Origin: Octopus vulgaris | Lineage: Eukaryota | Reading direction: 5' to 3' | NCBI GenBank assembly: GCA_951406725.2 | Contig: OX597818.1 | Location: forward strand, 6,200,001 to 6,264,000 | DNA: 64,000 bases | Shown here: positions 38,424-52,730 of the stretch, one piece after another | Position numbering within the stretch: the stretch's first letter is position 1 | How the letters are laid out: each line of letters opens with the position of its first letter | Position numbers and translations under genes: made by a program | The notes under the pieces: generated by a model | What the model was told of the DNA's origin: nothing | The model's database searches: none | What the model saw: only the letters and a program-made list of their open reading frames with translations

Positions 38424-40244
38424 TCTAATTACATTTATTTCTCATCACATGTGAAACAATGTGGAGTGTGAGCACTAACTTTATATGTGGTTATGATAAG
38501 GTATATAAAACCTTAAGACGCAAACATGTAACACATTTGAAAAAAAATTATAGATTATAAGCAAACTATATAAAATCCATGATAGCTGATAAAATAAATG
38601 CAAGATAAAACATTCCTGGCGTCCGAACACATAACAGAACAAACATTAAACATCGTGTCCTTTCATGTAGCAAGATTGCTAAAGCAGAACATTTTAGAGT
38701 AAAAATCGTATTTAATTTCTGAATAAAATCCCCTATTTCTTGTTGCAATTGGTTTTGCTGCTACAGCTGTTGTTGTTGTTGTTGATGTTGTTGTTGCTAC
38801 TGTTGTTGTTGTTGTCGTGGTGGTGATGGTGGTGGTAGCTTTGCTGGCGGGAGAGTTGGTTTCTTTGGCTGTGAAAAAATGCTTCGGAGTGAACTATGTC
38901 CCATCACAGATAATACCTCAACCTTCTACTCTCAGCAGCCACGTAAGGCATTGTGGCGTTTGGCAGGGTTATGAATTCCGGGATCACCATGCCATTTAGC
39001 CGATCAGAATGTATTCACAACTGCATACACCGTCCTAACCATTTCTGCTTCTGTATTCTTCGTATTTGCAGAATACTTGTTTTCTCTTCTATGTCATAGA
39101 GAACTGCCTCTAACCAGCTGGTATTGATTTGTGGAGGTATATTTTATATTTTTATCGTAATCACACCTCGAACAAGTTAAATAGGGATGAAGATGAGTTT
39201 GTCACTCACTAGAGTTGCTGTTGAGTTCTTTTTGCCCTCTTTCTCTGAAGCGAACCTCACTTCGACAGTTCTATATTTCCTGATGGCTGTATTAGCATCG
39301 CTCTTAAAATTCGTTGAATATATTTCTACCAGACACCTTATCACAGCAAAACATCTGTATAACTATGTAAACAATACGTGGAGCTACAATATCCGTACAC
39401 AAAACTGTGAGCACGAACATAAATCTTATTAAATTAATGACACAGGCATTCCCATATATATGCTCTACTGTTTATTGCTTATACATCAATATAATGCCGA
39501 TACAATTCACTTGCAAAGACGCACAGACTTACTTACGTGAACAAAAGAAATCATTGAACAAAGTTTATAAAAGAACTTAACAAATAAATGAATAAGTAAT
39601 GCACCATGCTTCATTTAAAACAGAGAAAAGCATAGGGTAAAAACAACAAGACGCCAATTTCGATATGTGTGTCTCTGGCATTCCTGGAACCTAAAGAAAC
39701 CAGACGGTATTCTGTCAAAAAGTTAACACTGAACAGACAGACACATCTCTTAATGTCACTGCCCTAACGAAAGCAAAACCAAAAGAGAAGGATTGACAGA
39801 TGACGGCTACATTGAAGTACTATATGCATTCTACATTGCAACACTATACCAAATACATAGGGTTAATAAATGAAACATATAGGATATGATATGTGGGGAA
39901 AATAGTGAAGACTTAAGGAAAAAATATCACACAAAATATAGTAGCAAACGTTCGACGATATATCCTGCGACAAATTCTCTAAATCAAAAAAGTAAAAATA
40001 CGCACAGCAATAAAACATACACCAAACAAAACAAATTAATCGTCTACAATGAATCAAAAATTGCACATCAGATACAATATATCTCAAAGCACATAAAACC
40101 CCATTAAAAAGAAAGAAACACAAATGAGGTAACCATACATAGAGTAAATTTAAAGCTAAACCAAAGTAAATCTTTACGCAGCTATCCACATGAAGAATAA
40201 ATAATACAGAACATCAAATGTACAAAACACATAGACAAGAAAAT

Positions 40245-40770
40245 ATTCTTTTCTACTTTAGGCACAAAGCTCAAAATTTTAGGGGAGGGGACCAGTTTAT
40301 TAGATCAACTCAGTGTGCCATTGGTACTTAAGTTATCGACCCCAAAAGGATGATCTCGGCGGAATTCGACCTCAGAACGTAGCGGCAGACGAAATACCAA
40401 TTTCTTTACTACCCACAAGGTGCTAAACACAGAGAGGACAAACAAGGACAGACAAACGCATTAAGTCGATTATATCGACCCCAGTGCGTAACTGGTACTT
40501 GTTTAATCGACCCCGAAAGGATGAAGAGCAAAGTCGACCTTGGCGGAATTTGAACTCAGAACGTAGCGGAGACGAGATACCTATTTCTTTACTGCCAACA
40601 AGAGGCTAAACACAGGGAGAACAAACAAGGACAGACAAACAGATTGAGTCGATTAATTTATCGGCCCCAAAATATGAAAGGCAAAGTCGACTTCGGTGGA
40701 ATTTGAATTTAGAACGTAAGGGCAGACAAAATACCGCTAATGCATTTCGCCCGGCGTGTCAATTCACCGC
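40245..40770 (-). mobile_element. Head-to-tail trimer of a tRNA-derived SINE with a Meta-like domain
   Basis: Three units carry (minus strand) acgttctgagttcaaattcc..gtcgactttg..ttcatcctttcggggtcgat..aagtacca, each with some deletions; junctions after gaaatacc/gagatacc at 40398 and 40581. Confidence 0.8.
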
Positions 40771-40939
40771 TTTTAAACAAATGCATAAGAAAAGATAATG
40801 AGAATATAATCGTTCATACATCTTTTATACTCTAGGCACAATGCTCTCCGCCTTATAGACAAGATAATATTTATTTCTTTATTGCCTACAGGGGATTAAA
40901 TATAGAGGGGACAAAAAACTACAGACATATATGCATGTA

Positions 40940-41008
<69 letters not shown>

Positions 41009-41289
41009 ATATATATATATATGTGTATATATATATATGTGTGTGTACATATTACATGTACATCTATATATATATATATATATATACATCTAGACATATA
41101 TGCATACACATGCATGTATACATATACATATAGAGCTATACATATACATCTATATGTATATATATATAGATGTATATATATATACATATACATCCATATA
41201 TATACATATATATATGTATATATACACATTCATATATACACACATATATATATATATATATATGCATCTATATATATACATCTATATTT

Positions 41290-41334
<45 letters not shown>

Positions 41335-41338
<4 letters not shown>

Positions 41339-41762
41339 CGCAGGAGTGGCTGTGTGGTAAGTAGCTTGGTCCCAGGTTCAGTCCCACTGCGTGGCACCTT
41401 GGGCAAGTGGCACTTTGGGCAAGTGGTACCTTGGGCAAGTGTCTTCTACTATAGCCTCAGGCCGACCAAAGCCTTGTGAATGGATTTGGTAGACGGAAAC
41501 TGAAAGAAGCCCGTCGTATATATGTATATATATGTGTGTGTGTGTGTGTGTTCGTGTGTCTGTGTTTGTCCCCCTAGCATTGCATGACAACCGATGCTGG
41601 TGTGTTAATGTCCCTCTTAACTAGCGGTTCGGCAAAAGAGACCGATAGAATAAGTACTGGGCTTACAAAAGAATAAGTCCCGGGGTCGAGTTGCTCGATT
41701 AAAGGCGGTGCTCCAGCATGGCCGCAGACAAATGACTGAAACAAGTAAAAGAGTAAAGGAGT
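41335..41762 (+). mobile_element. Abundant SINE with a 16-bp internal triplication (41392-41441)
   Basis: gtggcaccttgggcaa occurs three times with 1-nt variants; otherwise homologous to 13209-13632. Confidence 0.9.
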
Positions 41763-41767
41763 ATATA

Positions 41768-41808
<41 letters not shown>

Positions 41809-41882
41809 GTAAATTTAAATTAAAATAATAAGGGTGAAAAATTGAATATTAATTTGATTAATATGAATTTAAAACCGCTGAT

Positions 41883-43597
41883 ATGGAGAAGATATGACAT
41901 TGCTGTGGGCTCGCTCTTGTCCATGAAACTACATGGACACTACTGAAAGCATGTGTAAAATTTGAATGAAATTGGTTGTGTAGTTCTCACGTTTTAGGGA
42001 TTCACACAGACAGACAGACACATATTCTCAGTTTTATATATATAGATAAGCACGGTTTCACCCGGTCTGTTTAAATGATGTGACTGTGATCGTTTTAGGT
42101 TAGGCATAATCTATAACAGCAGTTCTCAACCTTATCAATTCGGGTCCCCTGTTTCGATTGGAGCCTCCAGTTGTATGAAAATTTGTCCCCTACCCCCATC
42201 CCCGTCAAAAAACAGCTTCAGGAGTTGTGAAGAAAAAATTTGTACATAGTCTGTTTCTGAGAGCCATTGTATTGGACCTCTGTCTAATCATTAAAACATT
42301 TATTTAATTATGAACCTAGAAAGAAATTATACATTAATCCCTATTTTTGTAAGCAGATGTATCCATAAAAAATTTATTTGCAGATAGCAGAAATTGAAAG
42401 ATATGTGAAATGGACGTGTGTGTGTGGCTTGCGTGCTTGCGCGTGTGTATGTGAGAGAGAATGAGGGTGAGAAAGAGAGATAGAGTGAGTGAAGTGAAAA
42501 TAACTTCGCAGAAAACAGCTTCAGGTGTTGTGAATTTGTACTTAGTCTGTTTCTGAGAACTATTCTACTGGACCTCTGTCTAATCACGTCTTTTAAGGTA
42601 TACACACATACATAGAAAATGTGAGGTCATAGTAGAAAATCTTTACGATAGTTGATGTCTACATGGTGGGTAGATCTGATAGAAATAGCAGCCAAATGTA
42701 AAGTGGAGATGTATGGAAGAAATCAGTGTTATATTCTTATAGAAAAATTGGACACGTACCTTTTTAGATAAGAAAATGTAGGTGAGAGCTATTGTATTGG
42801 ACATCTGAGTAATGAGAGAGCAGAAATTGAAAGAAGATATATGAAATGGACGTGTGTGTGTGTGTGTGTGTTTCTGGCTAATTTGGCGGGACGTTTTCTG
42901 TCAGCATGAGGTGGTTTGTATTTATCTTTGGAGGGGTGGAAAGCAAATCTTTTGAAGTCGTGAAAGTGATTGATCTCTTCCGTCCTTGTCAAGGGGCATG
43001 CTTTTATGTCTGAGAGAAGAGGAGAGAGAGAGAACGTGTGTGTGTGAGAGAGAGAGAGAGAGAGTGAGAGAGAGAGAGAGAAAGAGAGCGTGTGTGTCTG
43101 TGTGATTAATGGGACGTGAGATATGGGCGAGAGAGTTAACTCAAATTTTGTTATTCACTTGTTACAGTGAGAGAAAATGTGAGTGAGTAACAGAGAAAAA
43201 GAGAGAAGGGTTATGTATGTTGGCGGGGGGATTCAATTAGAAAAGTTTGCGAGAGAGAGATAGAGAGACAGACAGACAGACAGACAGACAGCGAATACGG
43301 AGAGGGAAAGAGAGTAGAAGCTGTGAAAAGTCGTTATAGAGATTAAGAGGAGGGAAGGTGGAAAGAGCGATATGGAAGAGGAAAGGGTGATAACCATTAG
43401 AGGGAAACAACAAACAATTTTCAATTTTCACTCTCTTTGCCATAGCAACCACATCTTTATAGCTTGCGAATGTTAACCGTCGCAGGTTGGATCCTCACCA
43501 CGCATTTCCTATCCCTGCTCGATCCTATCACGTCTAGTGCCATTGAATCCTTACCAAAGCCAAAGTGTCAAGATTTTGTCCTCTTATATAGGTAGAT
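41883..43597 (-). mobile_element. Two abutting non-autonomous Helitron-like pieces (41883-42048; 42049-43597)
   Basis: Minus-strand starts atctatatatataaaa and atctacctatataagagg; GC-rich short hairpin-like end accgggtgaaaccgtgc at ~42050-42068; internal duplicated blocks at 42207, 42511 and 42783. Confidence 0.45.
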
Positions 43598-43602
43598 AAA
43601 GG

Positions 43603-44053
43603 ATAAAATCTATATTAGATTTTATCAGGTAGTCAGCATGCAATCAACCGGTTAAAGTTAAATAAATCAATTTATAAATATGTATCCAGGGCAAGCGAGT
43701 ACGTATACAATTTGCGACCATGCTAGAAGAAGACACCAATATCTAAAAACTACCTAAAGATATCACCATGTATTAAAGAGAAAGGATTACCCGTTAATCT
43801 TTAAATTAATTGATATGCAATTGAACCATTTCATGAAAATGTTTTGTTTATTTGTTTATTTACGAGTACTGCGCGTGTTTATACTTTAAGGGGATAATAT
43901 AAGATAGGTTTTAGACGTTGGCATCTTTTTTCCAGCATGTTGGTGAATTATATACGTACACGCTTGCCGTTGATACTTATTTATACTTTGATTATTTTAA
44001 ACTTAACCGGTTTATTGCATGCTGACTACCTGATAAAATCTAGTATAAATTTT
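43603..44053. repeat. Inverted repeat with ~150-bp arms (43603-43753 / 43905-44053)
   Basis: tagattttatcaggtagtcagcatgcaat.aaccggttaa / ttaaccggtt.attgcatgctgactacctgataaaatcta. Confidence 0.9.
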
Positions 44054-44151
44054 TCCTTAATTTTAAAATATATTAAAAGTATGTATATATATTTATATAC
44101 ATAGATATGTGTATATATATATATATATGCATGTATATATATACGTAATTT

Positions 44152-44234
<83 letters not shown>

Positions 44235-44338
44235 CAAAGTCGAAGTGCGATATATATATATTTATGTATATATAGATATATGAACGTATGTATGCATGTA
44301 TATATGTGAACATATATATGTATGTATATGTATAAACG

Positions 44339-44406
<68 letters not shown>

Positions 44407-44503
44407 TATATGTATATATCTTATAAACAGAGTCCAGTGTAATCTATGGACAGGAAAGTTGCACCTGAAGCGTTTCCGTACAACTCAAAGTAAGATGAAT
44501 GAA

Positions 44504-45400
44504 ATCAAAGAGAAGCAATAGATCAAGAGGTGATGCACTACGACCATTTCAAGCGGTTCCATTTAATTGTACAATGCAATCATTGCATCAATTTAAATGC
44601 AGGGCTATCCTCAGCTTCATAAATAATTAGATTTTTTTCAGCAGTTGGACACATTAATATAATTTTAAATTCTCTAATAGAGCAAGAAGATGGTAAAATA
44701 CCCAGGTTGCTACTAATGTAGCTCAATATATACTACACTTCCAAGAACTGTATAAAGTTTGTTAGGGTCATAGCTTGTAATATTGTTATTCATTTTAAAA
44801 ATATAAGTCTTTTTTTCATCAACTACCAAATCTAAGGCTAGAGGACAGTGTCTGTTTAGGATGGATAGGCGAAGTGAGTTGACAGTTTATAGTTGGGTAT
44901 GGTCATGAATATTGTCAGGATTTGAGGAAATGTGTAAGTAACTGTCTATAAAGGAGGCTGTATAGAGGAAGATCCTAAATCAAGATATAAATTACCAGTT
45001 AAAGCGTCAAGACTCTAATAAAACTTATGATGGTAATACAGAGAAAATGATCATGGAGTTCAATGGATGACTGTATATAAACAATATTGATATGTTGTAT
45101 CAAGATACACTTTCAGCTTACTACAATCTATGACCCTGAAAAACTTCATATAGTTCTTAGAATCGTAGTATATTTTGAATTACATTAGTAGCAAAATGCA
45201 CTGTTTCCCTCTTCTTGCTCTATTACAGAATTTTGGTAATTTATATTAATGTGTCCAACTGATTAAAATATTCTATTTCCTTATGCAGCTGAATTTGCCC
45301 TGAATTTAAATTGATGTAATGATTGTATAGTTCAATTAAATGGAGTCGCTTGAAACGGTCATACAGCACTACCTCTTGATATCCTGTTGCTTATTTTGAT
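44504..45400. mobile_element. PLE-like remnant with ~280-bp inverted arms (44504-44780 / 45120-45400) bearing hammerhead-like motifs (44533-44620 minus; degenerate partner ~45283-45368 plus)
   Basis: Arms pair by eye (cagttggacacattaatataa / ttatattaatgtgtccaactg); CTGAGGA tagc...gctt GAAA tggtcg TA. Confidence 0.7.
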
Positions 45401-45415
45401 GTATATATATATATA

Positions 45416-45700
45416 TGCTATAGCTTCAGGCTCACAGAAGCGTTGACAGTGGATTTTGTACACGGAAACTGAAAGCAGACTTTCGTGTATACGTGTATAT
45501 TTGTGTGTGTATGCGTGTGTGTAACCTAACCATCACTTAACAACCTATGTTTCTGTGTTTACGGCCCTGTAACTTAGCAGTTTGGCAAAACACGTCAATA
45601 GAATAAGTACTAGGTTTAATATAATAAATCTTAGGGGCTATTTCTTCGACTAAAACGGTGTTCCAGCATGGCCGCTGTCACGTGACTGAAACAAGTAAAA
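45416..45700 (+). mobile_element. Abundant SINE, 3' part, old copy
   Basis: gtggattttgtacacggaaactgaaag...ccagcatggccgctgtcacgtgactgaaacaagtaaaa. Confidence 0.8.
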
Positions 45701-46139
45701 CAATAATCAACTATGCCATTTTAATCCCAAGCAACAAGTATGTCTGCTAGTACGTAATAAATCTAGTTTATTTATCTGTACTATTGCATCGTTAACTACT
45801 CAACGTGATCCCTCATATAGCTATTCTTTACCCATTGAATCGATCATCTATAAAGACATCGGATTCTAAATTCAAATTTAAAACTTCTGGATTTCATCTA
45901 AGAAACACACACACACGCACAAACTTATGCACATATTTATATATATGTGTTGAGTTGGTAGATAATTGGTATGCTTCTTTCCAATGCTATGTTACCTTGT
46001 ATAATATTTTAATCACATTCTTTATCGTATTGTTTTAATTTTTTGAAGCCCTATTCCTCCTCTATAAGATTAATTAGTCGCTTTTGAAAATTCCAGTAGA
46101 TTTCTCCTTTTTTCCCCAGATATATAACGATAGATTGCC

Positions 46140-46600
46140 AAGTAGATAAAAAATGACATTCTGACATCTTCACTTTGATTTTAGTTAAGATTACAACTAG
46201 GCAAACCATTCGAGAAATTTGTGCTGCGTGCGAAGACTATAATTGAACGAATTTGACAGAAATAGCATTCACACTCCAAGGAGGGAAATCAAATCCAACT
46301 TCAGTGACTCTTATGTCCCATGAGGATAAATTTAACGAGTTCATCCTACAAGACCCGAGCTAGCCCAGCACAGTGGATGCTCCCATGATACCTTTATCCG
46401 TTGCTTTCATTCGATATGGGAAAGTCCACAATTTCAGCGCACATTAGCTTCATGCAACGAAAGGATGAGGGGAACTCCAGCTGGCACGCTGCTAATTTGG
46501 CCACAAATGCTGTTTCAGAGCTCCACATTCCACTGCGCACACCGTATGCTCCTCATATAGCGCCTTCTAATTTTCAAGTTTTCGGTCACTCTCCTATTAA
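46140..46600 (+). mobile_element. Mariner transposase remnant
   Basis: PYAPHIAPSNFQVF in ORF 46401-46640 resembles the mariner YSPDLAPSDF motif. Confidence 0.5.
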
Positions 46601-46663
46601 CTTACCATACAACGTAACACACACACGTGCACAGACATAAACACATACACCAAGAGACAAACA

Positions 46664-46702
<39 letters not shown>

Positions 46703-47268
46703 CACACACATACAGCACACACACTCACACGCATGATTATATATGCGTGTGTCTGGCTGGGGGGCGAGTAGTTGTGTTGACAAATACAACTACATCAAAT
46801 ATCATACAAATATAATTTCTTGATTTATTAAAATTATCTATACTTCTAGAGGATGTATCATAATTACCATAACTTACATTTCACTTTTTCGCTAATCAGA
46901 TAGATCATATACTTAATTACGCTTAACTAAGAATTACTTGCTGTATGTTGTGAAATGTTTTCGTGATTGAATAATAAAGATTTGAATGTCAAGAAAGTCA
47001 ATTTCGAAGCGTTAATTAATTGAAATTATTATATTAAATGAACTATAAACTTCAAAGAGTTTAATAGAATCTATGAAATATATTAATATAAAGAAAGCAA
47101 CTGTTGCAACAGTGAAAAGAAACACAGAGAAAGTAAGAGGCAATAAAATTATTGAGTCTTAAATATAAAGCATTTGTCATAAATGCGTAGTGACATTATA
47201 GAAAACTGCGACAGTTTTCACACATCCCCACATCCCCACATACACATATGTACAGAGACAGGCACGCA

Positions 47269-47315
<47 letters not shown>

Positions 47316-49957
47316 GCGCACATGTCTGTGTATATAATGCACTAACACACACACACATCACACACGTATACATATATGCATGTATGTATACACACATATG
47401 ATACGTATTTAATAAATGATTGTTTATGATTTGTTTCCCAGAGTGTTTTAATTGTACATTAAAAAGGCATCTGCATCAGTTTAAAGGATTTTCATTTGCC
47501 CGCGCACTCGAGAAACAAATCTATTGTTGTAACCATACGAGAGGTAATCTTCAAAAATGCAACGAGGCTACATGTCTAGAGCTTCCTTATTGTTGAACAG
47601 ATATATGATCGTTAGACTTACTTTTACACAACTCGTCTCTCTGAAAGATCTATCATCGTGTTGGAAGCGAAGACCAAGTCAGGAATTTGTGGCGAAATAC
47701 GGTCACCAAATCATTGGGGAGAATTTAAATGTCAATAAGAATCAACTGCGTGAGCGAAGCCGGATTACATTCGGTCAAGTCCTATGGACAATTGTGAGAA
47801 GGTCCTGGCATTTCAGTATTACTAGTGTGCATTTCCGCATAGAGGTAACCTCGCGGACAGTATCTTTCAGTCAGGTGATGTTATACAGACTAGGAAATCT
47901 TCCTGCACTTATTCGTACATTGTTTGTGGAATGCTGACTTGGGAAGTTATGTGGAACAGCTATTATGGCACGAAGGATTGATCCGGCCATTAGCCGAATC
48001 AATTACGAATATATCTCTGCTGCATTTCTTAAGTAGGAAAGGACAGGCAGGCATTTTATACCTAATGGCTAATTAAAAGCGATTTGGAGAAACGATTGCA
48101 GACAAGGCCCTTTCTTATTCCACTAAGCCCTCATAGAGTTTTCAAAGTTCCAATTCCAAAATATAGTGATGGTTAAGAGGGAGGTGATACCCATCCCAAT
48201 TAATTATCTATTGAAATGTAGATGACTATCCTGAAGAAGAACCGGGTAGGTGGACCTCCTGTAAGCTGATACCAGTAGGATGGAGTGAATGGATAGGAGA
48301 GTGACGCATGTGTAGCCATTTTGTGGTCATCATTTTCTTGTTCACTATTGGTTTTGTTTACACTTGCATTTGTAAATCACCGCGGTCCTTTCAACTCACA
48401 AGATCTTAAGAATATTTGCGACTCTCCCGGCAATACTTGTAAATATTTTTATTATTGTTGAAGCTCTTTTGTTGTTATTATTACTAATACCATTAATAAT
48501 AACAAAACGCCCTAACTTTACTGATGTCTAAAGTAAAAAGAAAATTTATATAAGTCAAAAGGTTACTAAATTGAAACTGCTCAACTTGAGTGACGCATAA
48601 ACAGTATAAATGACAACATTGTGCATGAGTTCACGCGTCGTAGGCCTATAAAGATCCATTCGGGTTACACAGGAAGTATACCAGACAAATACTTTCTTCA
48701 CAATGAATTGTTCGTAAATATTAACGTCTTGCAGGCGCCCGGTATTTCTTTATGCCACTCTAATATGCTACCAAGTATATTAAACAATTTTATAAGCCAA
48801 TACTGTGTACTACTGTATTAGCAGTGCACTTAAATAATAACTTATGGTCGTCTCTACAGATCTTTAGATTTTCTGTTTATTTCGTTTCAATAACATCTGT
48901 AAAAAATCTGTATTGATAATTTTAACAAATAAAGCGTTCGCTCCGTGATTTGAACGACATGCCAAAGTTCCACGCCATGCGATAGATGTCGAAGACAAAA
49001 TAGGTTCCAGTTATGAAATAGAAGAAACTTCAGTATATGTAAGGTACTCTGTCATCAATATGATGCACTCATTCAAACGTATGAAATATTGGTAAATACC
49101 TTAAACGCTTTACTTATTTCATTCAAATGTGTCAGCTTATTTTTGCTAGAATATATCCGAAAATAATGCAAAAAGGTTTAAGCTCTCTCCTACATAGTCA
49201 CTATAATTACTTCTTGCAAAGTTGGTTGACCGCTGTTCATTTAAAAACTCGCGCCAAGTATTCTATGGCCGGTGTTTTCCGTTTTTTCTTCTCCTGAATT
49301 GATGTATCCTTCAAACTGAATATTGTACGAGATGTAGGCAATTTTTCCGACGTGGGTAGTGAGATCAATAATGATTAAGGTACAGAAAATTAGAGAAAAT
49401 GACAATATTTCAGACATTTCAGGCAGTATTTAAATGACAGTATTGAAATCTTGTCAATAACAAATATCCACACGGACATGAAATTTCTGCTACATTGTGC
49501 AACAAGTTTCCCCAAGCTTCTACAAAGAGGTAAAACATAGCGAATATAAGCGAAGCGACCAAGAAGCTGAACACATTGTTACCTATGTTTATAACCGATC
49601 CACAAATTCACTAGGAGAGATAAAATTGCAAATAAGATAATATTGATTCGAAACACCCTAACCCTTGCTCCTATATTGTTTCTATTTGTAAATCAGATGT
49701 TGTGCTTATTTTAGACGTAGCTTGCAACATCTTCTCGTACATAATGCTTAATTTGTATATGAGCATTCATATGGATGTCATAGCAACCAGGATCCAAATT
49801 CCTCAGTTTCTTAAAATTTGATTTTTGTATCACAATCAAATGTCATTGATATGCAGGTTGACCCCTTTTAGAATATAATGTAATATTAGGCAACACATCA
49901 GTCACTCTCGTACAAATGATATCATTCAATAAAATGTTCAACTGAGAATAAGTTATT

Positions 49958-50009
<52 letters not shown>

Positions 50010-50849
50010 ACACAAAAGTTGCTATTGTGAACAATTTCATCGCGACATGTATGCCATTAAGTTCAGCTCTGATCATATTCACCCCCATAAACAGGATATT
50101 GGCTTTAGTTAAATATGTTTTGAATATTTCATAGCTATCCAGGGTCTAATCAATGTTTCAATGTCGAGTAAGAAGAACTCATATAGTACACTTTGTTTAA
50201 TCATAAATGACTTGCACTTGAATTTCATAAATAATGAATCATTGCATCTTTTTTTATTTAATAGTCATCTACTGTCTCTCCCAGTCACGGTAGTTGTTTG
50301 AAATACAAACAGCTGCTATTAATCCATTTCTGCATTAAGATAATTTAACTCAACTCTCGCTTCCCCAGAATCACCACCCTCTTTAAATTTGATTTAAACA
50401 ACGATAATTTGTACATACACTTGTCTTAAAGCAAGCCAACTATGAATCGTCTATGCAGTTATTTGAATGATAAAAATATTTTCTAGAAAGTGTTTTCTCA
50501 AATCACACCATATTGCCTCAAATGTTTGAGGCTAATAATTATCAACAGTTGTCTATGAAACACTATATCTCTAAGAAACCTTGGACGTGGTTCTCTGAAT
50601 CACTGTTGCTCATTTTATTGCTCGATAGTTTTGTGCTTTTTATTAAGAATCAACAAATCACTTCCCATACAGCACCATTTACTCAGATATCCAATTTAGA
50701 GTCTGATATAAATTTGGTGGTGCTTTATGCTTCTTTTTTCAAGAACAGCTTGATGCATTGATGTACAGTCAATGGCGCTGGAAAGCATAGAGCTTAAGGT
50801 TGTAGTTGAAATATCGTTAGCTGACATAGAAGAATGGCTATCACCTGAA

Positions 50850-52730
50850 TATTGGAAATTAGTTACATATATCATGATGATTCGCTATCAAGATGCTAAC
50901 GTTATGACTACTGTTCAATGCACTGTAGACTCTGTAAAGTTGTAAGACGTGACATGGAGAGATGCAACAGAGACTACGAAGCTGTGGCCAGCGGAAAGGT
51001 TTTCTAACAATCTCTACAAACCAAAATTCCTCAAGTAACTAGATGATAATGTGCTAGAAGATCTGAGCAAGGAAATACCTTCTTTGTCGAGAGAGATATG
51101 TGTTGTAATCACCAACAAGAAGATGGTTCCCTCACTACCGCCCAAAACTGAGGCACAGGATTCAAATTCGGACAGTGAAAGAGAACAGCTTGATGAAAGC
51201 ATTGAAGTTTCTAAGGAATTATATTGAGCTGGGTGTGATCTGGCTCTTCTCAGACGAAAAGGACTTCTGCCTAGACCGGATGCACAGAATTCTGAACTGC
51301 TGTTGGCCTGCTTACAATTCATGTGATGTCTCACGTGTCGTGAATACCAAATTCCGCAAACTGTGATAGTCTTTGTATGTGTCTCCCATGATAGTGAGGT
51401 CAAGCCACCCCACATTTTCGAAACATTACTTATGCTTAACTCAGACGACTATGGAGACTGTTGGAAGGCTATATATGAGGGGTGTTCATTAAAGATTTCC
51501 CCTAACCCACTTTCCAAGGATTGGGATAAACAAAATATTATTTATTCTATTCTACATAGCAACCACCAATTATGATACTCTTCTCCCATCGTTTTGGCAG
51601 CTGTGAAAACCTCGTCAGTTGAAGTCGGTAGGTTGCGTCTGGAGCCAAAGGTATTTTCTTCGAAAATCAGTTCAACATCATCCAAAAAGTGTTTCCCCTT
51701 AAAAAAAAACACTTCACGGTTGGAAGAAAGTGGAAATTAGATTGTGTGAGGTCGGGAGAGGAAGGGGGATGAGAAAAGATTTCATAGACGCAGGAGTGTG
51801 CGACATGCGCATTATTAACTGGGGTCTTGTCTTAAAGGAGGTGGATTCATTTACTCAGCATTCCACACTCTGCTTTGATGGCGTCCCGCAATTTCTGCAG
51901 CTGAGACGCATAATATGGTCCGCTATTTGTGCTACTCTTTGCCAGAAAATCCATCATGACTACACCGCGCTGGTCCAAAAAGACTGTAGAATCACTTTGC
52001 CTGCTGAGGGTTGGACACTAGCCTTCTTTGGAGGTGGTGAGTTACCATACTTCCATTGCTTCGACTCGACTTTAGTCCCAGGATCATAGTGATGGACCCA
52101 TGTTTCATCCTGTTTGACATGTCTGCCGAAAAAGTCTTACTCGTTTTCTTGGCACTCAGCCAAAAGAGCTTCGGAGCAGTTGACTTGTTCCTACTTCTAA
52201 AAAGACTGTGAGCATCTGGGGAATTTCCGCATGTGCAGTTAGTGAAATGTGGTCATCCAGGATTTGGAGCAGTTTTCACCGATCTTCGACTACATTTGAA
52301 CTGGCGATAGGAGTGATCGACTACGTCTTATGATGGTGCATCGTCAACTTTAACTTCATTCATCTCTTCGAAAGTTTCTTTTGATATACGACCTTTCAAA
52401 TATAAGAACCTGATCATTGATTAGCATTCAACTGCCTTCATTACAACGTCCTAGTTCACTTCAGCAGCCGTAAAAGACAAACGAATACTGGTGGAAAGCT
52501 GCAATTTATGATGTGACATGTATAGACATGTATAATTATACCTATACAAATTCCGCTTCCTGCAATAACCGGAAGTGGGTCAGAGGAAATCTTTAATACA
52601 CACACCTCGTATATAATAGCAGGATTTGGCTTCCTGTCATACCTGGAGATAGAGTGAAGAAGAAGTTGTCGGAGAATTTCTATAACTTAACAAGCCCCAA
52701 TTCCAGGCCTCCTAATTTCATCGACTATAT
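50850..52730 (+). mobile_element. Tc1/mariner-superfamily (maT/DD37D-like) transposase remnant split by a mariner insertion
   Basis: LFSDEKDF.LD...DVSRVVNTKF / VFVCVS..EVKPPHIF..L.LNSDDY before 51474; QDLASCHT...LSENFYNLTSPNSRPPN resumes after 52611. Confidence 0.75.
51474..52611 (-). mobile_element. Mariner element with both TIRs and TA target duplication; decayed transposase
   Basis: TA+tgaggggtgttcattaaagatttcccctaacccactt ... aagtgggtcagaggaaatctttaatacacacacctcg+TA; minus-strand DETWVHHYDP..K..SKQW....PPPKKA...PSAGKV and HPPSSPDL..SNFHF. Confidence 0.92.

Noticed and set aside
39600-40200. Possible LINE endonuclease remnant; similar vague remnants at 32400-32950, 47530-48330, 58440-59010 and 63200-63530
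   Set aside because: Too decayed to support a call without a database search
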